A stretch of DNA of 17,390 bases from UHGV virus genome UHGV-0137727; one strand, 5' to 3'. Positions 14,495 to 17,390 of the stretch are shown here, in pieces. Source of the stretch: a virus. Below the pieces are notes generated by a model. It saw only the letters and a program-made list of their open reading frames with translations, ran no database searches and was not told the DNA's origin. Position 1 is the stretch's first letter. Every line of letters begins with the position of its first letter. Position numbers and translations under genes: made by a program.

Positions 14495-14877
14495 AACGCA
14501 GCGAAGTATACGACGAAATAAGGGATTGGATTAAATCCCACGGGTACGATAAAGGCTATATTTTGCAGGCCCGTTTCTGGAATGAAAAATCCAATTCGAA
14601 TAACGACCGATACATTGTTATCCAGCAAAACGGCGGCGCGGCTGGTGAAGAAGCAATAACCCGTGATTATTTTCGCATCCTGGTTATTTCAGCGCGTAAT
14701 GATGCAAATATCTGTGAAGTGGAAGACCTGGCCGATGCCATCCGTCAAAGTATGTTAACAGAATATAAAACTGATAAAATTACACACATGAAGCCAGTTG
14801 GCGCTATTCCTGCGATGCAGACAAGAGAAGGGCGCTTTATTTTTACCGTAGCTTTTCAATCCATCATATCCAGATAA
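14491..14877 (+). CDS. tail terminator / tail completion protein (putative)
   Basis: ORF-track ORF. Last small gene before the major tail protein. Synteny only. Confidence 0.45.
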   Translation: MKRSEVYDEIRDWIKSHGYDKGYILQARFWNEKSNSNNDRYIVIQQNGGAAGEEAITRDYFRILVISARNDANICEVEDLADAIRQSMLTEYKTDKITHMKPVGAIPAMQTREGRFIFTVAFQSIISR

Positions 14878-14890
14878 GAGGTAAACCAAT

Positions 14891-15367
14891 ATGTCCGAAA
14901 CCTGTAAATCCGGTGCGTTTACCGGGCGTGATGTTGCCGTGTTCTATGCCATTGCTTGTCCCAGCGCGAAACCGGAAGAGGGTGGCTACAAGCCGTTAGG
15001 TATGATGCGCGGCAAAACGCTTTCCGTAGAATGGGAATCCGCAGACGCTACCGCTGATAAATCCGCCGACTATACCAAAGAGTCGCTGGTTACTTATAAA
15101 TCAGTGAGCTTCTCTGGTGATGGTGTTTCACGTAGCGATGATACATACAACCAGAAAGCACTAAAACGGCATGTAATGTCTCCGGGCACTGCTACCGGAA
15201 ATCAACCATATGTGTGGCTGAAAATTGTCAGTGCCACCGATGTAACCGAGGGGCCATTCCTTTGCACCTCCTTCAAAGAAGAGGCTCCGTATGATGATGT
15301 GACGACCTGGTCTATCGAGTGCGAAAGCGCTGGCCAGGTAACTGTAACCGATCCGGTTGCTGCGTAA
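14891..15367 (+). CDS. major tail (tube) protein (putative)
   Basis: ORF-track ORF with SD AGAGGT. 158 aa. Followed by a strong intrinsic terminator, then chaperone and tape measure. A small tube protein points to a non-contractile tail. Confidence 0.6.
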   Translation: MSETCKSGAFTGRDVAVFYAIACPSAKPEEGGYKPLGMMRGKTLSVEWESADATADKSADYTKESLVTYKSVSFSGDGVSRSDDTYNQKALKRHVMSPGTATGNQPYVWLKIVSATDVTEGPFLCTSFKEEAPYDDVTTWSIECESAGQVTVTDPVAA

Positions 15368-15374
15368 ACAATAA

Positions 15375-15400
15375 GGGGGCTATTTAGCCCCCTTTCTTTT
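15375..15400 (+). terminator. rho-independent terminator (stem GGGGGCT/AGCCCCC, loop ATTT, then TTTCTTTT)
   Basis: Read directly; 8 nt after the major tail protein stop. Confidence 0.65.
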
Positions 15401-15412
15401 AGGGTGAAGACT

Positions 15413-16090
15413 ATGATTCATGTTCGTACCGGACAATTTGTGGCTATGGTGAACGGTAAGCGCTATGAATTTAACCCGTGTTTCGCTGCGATGGCTAAAA
15501 TCGGTAATGACAGGGAGCTTGTGGAATATTTCGCAACCATCCACGGTAGCAAATACCCTTCACGATTACCTACAGATCCAGACCTCCGCAATCGCATTAT
15601 GGCGCGGTGTTATGGTGGGATAGTGCAAACGTCAATGCACATCCTGAAATGTTGCTCAGACGACGAAACAGGCCCGTTATTGGGCGAATGCTGGTTTACT
15701 CCTTCGGGCAAATTAAGGTTAAAGCCCGGAATAATGCCAGTTGATGATGTTATTACGCTGGCGCAACACTGCATGTACCACGGTTTAATCGGTGACGGGC
15801 CGGAAGAAAATACAAGCGAGATCCGGGAAGGTGAATACAAGCCGACATTTGATGTACTTGATTTCGTTTATTCTGCCGTTGCTCATCTGGGATTATCTGA
15901 ATCAGAAGCGTGGAACATGACAATGACCGGATACAGGGCCGCAGTGCGCGCTAAAACGCCGCCAGACGAAAGAAATGAAAGAAGTAGACCAAATGTTCAC
16001 ATAAATAAACGTGCTTATGACGAGCAAATGGAGGCTGCTAAAAAGGCGCTAAAAAGAATGGAAAATCGCAAGCAAGAAAAAGCCCGGTAG
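15413..16090 (+). CDS. tail assembly chaperone (putative)
   Basis: ATG 15413 with SD GGGTGAAG (track start GTG 15404). Lies between major tail protein and tape measure. Charged C-terminus. No slippery heptamer or frameshift partner ORF was identified. Confidence 0.45.
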   Translation: MIHVRTGQFVAMVNGKRYEFNPCFAAMAKIGNDRELVEYFATIHGSKYPSRLPTDPDLRNRIMARCYGGIVQTSMHILKCCSDDETGPLLGECWFTPSGKLRLKPGIMPVDDVITLAQHCMYHGLIGDGPEENTSEIREGEYKPTFDVLDFVYSAVAHLGLSESEAWNMTMTGYRAAVRAKTPPDERNERSRPNVHINKRAYDEQMEAAKKALKRMENRKQEKAR

Positions 16091-16098
16091 ATCCGGGC
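16082..16098. terminator. bidirectional intrinsic terminator (stem GCCCGG/CCGGGC, loop TAGAT), A-run upstream and T-rich downstream
   Basis: The hairpin contains the chaperone stop codon. On the minus strand it is followed by TTTTTCTT, 8 nt after the stop of the reverse-strand gene. Convergent transcription ends here. Confidence 0.55.
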
Positions 16099-16105
16099 GT
16101 TTGTC

Positions 16106-16531
16106 TTATTTGATTCTAACAATATCAATAAAACCGTTACCTAAATCGACAATTGCGTGATTTTTTGCACCAGCGCCGCCTTTATTAAAAATTCTTTCAG
16201 CGAAAGCAACTTTATTTGCTTTACACTCGTTAGCTATCCTGTTTTTTATTTCGCTGTTGTTTTCAAAGACTACGCCTACAGCAGCCTCGTTTACAAGGCC
16301 ATAATTAAACCAACGAGCATAAACTGGTTTACCTTCAAAATTTTTATCAATTGCCTTAAAAAGAATTGTGGGTGCGGCTGGTTCTTTTTTGATCATGTCG
16401 TGATATGCGGCTACATGGTTTGCCACTTCTTCACAGTTAATGTTTATGGCCTCGTTAGCGTTAGCGTTAGCGTTAAATGCTAGTGCAGCAATCACAGCAA
16501 GCACCATTTTTGCTAACCGTTTCATAATCAA
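16106..16531 (-). CDS. secreted/periplasmic protein of unknown function (141 aa, N-terminal signal peptide)
   Basis: ORF-track ORF on the minus strand. SD AGGGGG lies 6 nt before the second ATG (16523-16525), the more likely start. Signal peptide MKRLAKMVLAVIAALAFNANANAN with repeated AxA cleavage motifs. Two Cys in the mature part. Opposite in orientation to all flanking structural genes. Confidence 0.7.
   Translation of the reverse strand: MIMKRLAKMVLAVIAALAFNANANANEAININCEEVANHVAAYHDMIKKEPAAPTILFKAIDKNFEGKPVYARWFNYGLVNEAAVGVVFENNSEIKNRIANECKANKVAFAERIFNKGGAGAKNHAIVDLGNGFIDIVRIK
16454..16475. repeat. tandem hexanucleotide repeat (GTTAGC on +, AACGCT on -), about 3.7 copies, encoding (Asn-Ala)n
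   Basis: Read directly. Lies inside the signal-peptide/cleavage region of the minus-strand gene. The unit length of 6 preserves frame. Confidence 0.6.
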
Positions 16532-16593
16532 CCCCCTGTAATTATTCTGATTTGCTAAATGCTTCCTTTAACTTAGTTATACACGCATATTGT

Positions 16594-16677
16594 TTATTTT
16601 TTAAGTGCTTTTAACATTTCTTCGATAAGGTCCGCATAGCGTTCATATTCGTTGGGACGGTAGTTTACGTTTCTCAT
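16594..16677 (-). CDS. candidate micro-ORF (27 aa) upstream of the secreted-protein gene
   Basis: Minus-strand ATG preceded by SD AGAGGA at 7 nt spacing. Translates MRNVNYRPNEYERYADLIEEMLKALKK*. Hydrophilic. Not in the ORF track. Supported only by the start context and position. Confidence 0.3.
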   Translation of the reverse strand: MRNVNYRPNEYERYADLIEEMLKALKK

Positions 16678-16828
16678 TTTCTTATCCTCTTTCACTTCCT
16701 CCGGGACATCCGGCCTTCCTGCATCTCTTCTATCTTTCTCTACATCATCTATACAAAACGGTATCGTTAAAATAAAGACATTTTGTATAAAATAGATGCA
16801 TAGATCACATTTTGCATGAGGTTAAATC

Positions 16829-17390
16829 ATGGCTACCAGTGTAGGCACAATTTATTACGAAGTTGACGCAAAAACAGGACAACTTCTTGTAGCACAACGA
16901 CAGGCAGACCAGGCCTTTGACCGTATAGAGCGCGGTGCTAAACAGGCCGATCGCCAGGTAAACACACTGAAAACATCAATCAAAGCACTGACCAGGGTTA
17001 TCCATCTGCTAATTGCTGCCGAGGCCGTTAGACAGTTTATGGAAATGGCAGAGCAGGCCAAAATGCTACGCGTCAAAATCAAAATGCTTACAGGCGACGC
17101 GGAATCTGCCGGGCGGGTTTTTGATGGTCTGAAAGAAATATCCAGGGAGACGGGGCAGAGCCTGAAAGATACTGGCGAATTATGGCAAGGCCTGGCTATC
17201 TCACTAAAAAACACCTCCGCTACGGAAGGGCAATTGCTTAACCTGGTTGGCACTATTCAGAAAATGGGTGCATTAGGCGGCGCGTCAGCGGAACAGATGT
17301 CTAACTCAATGCGTCAATTCCGTCAGTCTATCGACGGCGGTGTTCTTCGTGCCGAAGAATTTAACAGCCTGCTTGAAAACACGCCGACCA
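16829..17390 (+). CDS. tail tape measure protein, N-terminal part (continues beyond the window)
   Basis: ATG 16829 with SD GAGG 7 nt upstream. Frame is open to the window end (187 codons). Helical, Ala/Gln/Leu-rich sequence. Canonical position after the tail chaperone. Confidence 0.75.
   Translation, partial: MATSVGTIYYEVDAKTGQLLVAQRQADQAFDRIERGAKQADRQVNTLKTSIKALTRVIHLLIAAEAVRQFMEMAEQAKMLRVKIKMLTGDAESAGRVFDGLKEISRETGQSLKDTGELWQGLAISLKNTSATEGQLLNLVGTIQKMGALGGASAEQMSNSMRQFRQSIDGGVLRAEEFNSLLENTPT

Noticed and set aside
16024-16060. Possible -1 frameshift slippery site in the chaperone 3' region (GCTAAAAAGG runs)
   Set aside because: Only five consecutive A residues, not a canonical A-AAA-AAG heptamer, and no downstream + strand extension ORF exists.
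16157-16483. + strand ORF 16157..16483 (108 aa)
   Set aside because: Antisense to the minus-strand gene, which has a signal peptide, an SD and a downstream terminator. The + strand frame is a low-complexity shadow.
16855-17253. Minus-strand ORF 16855..17253 (132 aa)
   Set aside because: Antisense to the tape measure gene, which has a strong SD and an open frame to the window end.
1-17390. CRISPR array or integrase/attachment-site signatures
   Set aside because: No spaced direct repeats of CRISPR type and no recombinase-like ORF were seen. The only tandem repeats are the hexanucleotide tract at 16454..16475 and the duplicated junctions in the micro-ORF array.

Overview
This 17.4 kb window reads as a segment of a tailed dsDNA phage or prophage (siphovirus-like, enterobacterial in style), with nearly all genes on the + strand. 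Left to right: (1) a run of small, tightly packed hypothetical genes (2..2990), ending in three tandem paralogous small proteins; (2) a short promoter-plus-terminator leader followed by a lambdoid/P21-type lysis cassette (two-TMD pinholin-like holin, SAR endolysin with T4-lysozyme-type catalytic spacing, Rz i-spanin with Rz1 o-spanin lipoprotein embedded in the +1 frame); (3) a 278 bp noncoding gap, then a 180 aa protein with an HExxH zinc-peptidase motif and a lysine-rich tail; (4) a tandem array of eight tiny ORFs (22-31 aa), absent from the ORF track, each with its own Shine-Dalgarno and each encoding a single hydrophobic helix; (5) a canonical morphogenesis module: terminase small and large subunits, portal, MuF-like minor head protein, scaffold, small head protein, major capsid, five neck/connector proteins, major tail protein, tail assembly chaperone, and the 5' part of the tape measure gene; (6) an AT-rich reverse-strand insertion between chaperone and tape measure encoding a signal-peptide-bearing secreted protein and a candidate micro-ORF, bounded by a bidirectional terminator. 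The most likely novel content is the hydrophobic micro-ORF array, the reverse-strand moron, the HExxH protein and the tandem paralog triplet. All functional calls rest on motifs, gene order and sequence read by eye; no database search was run.
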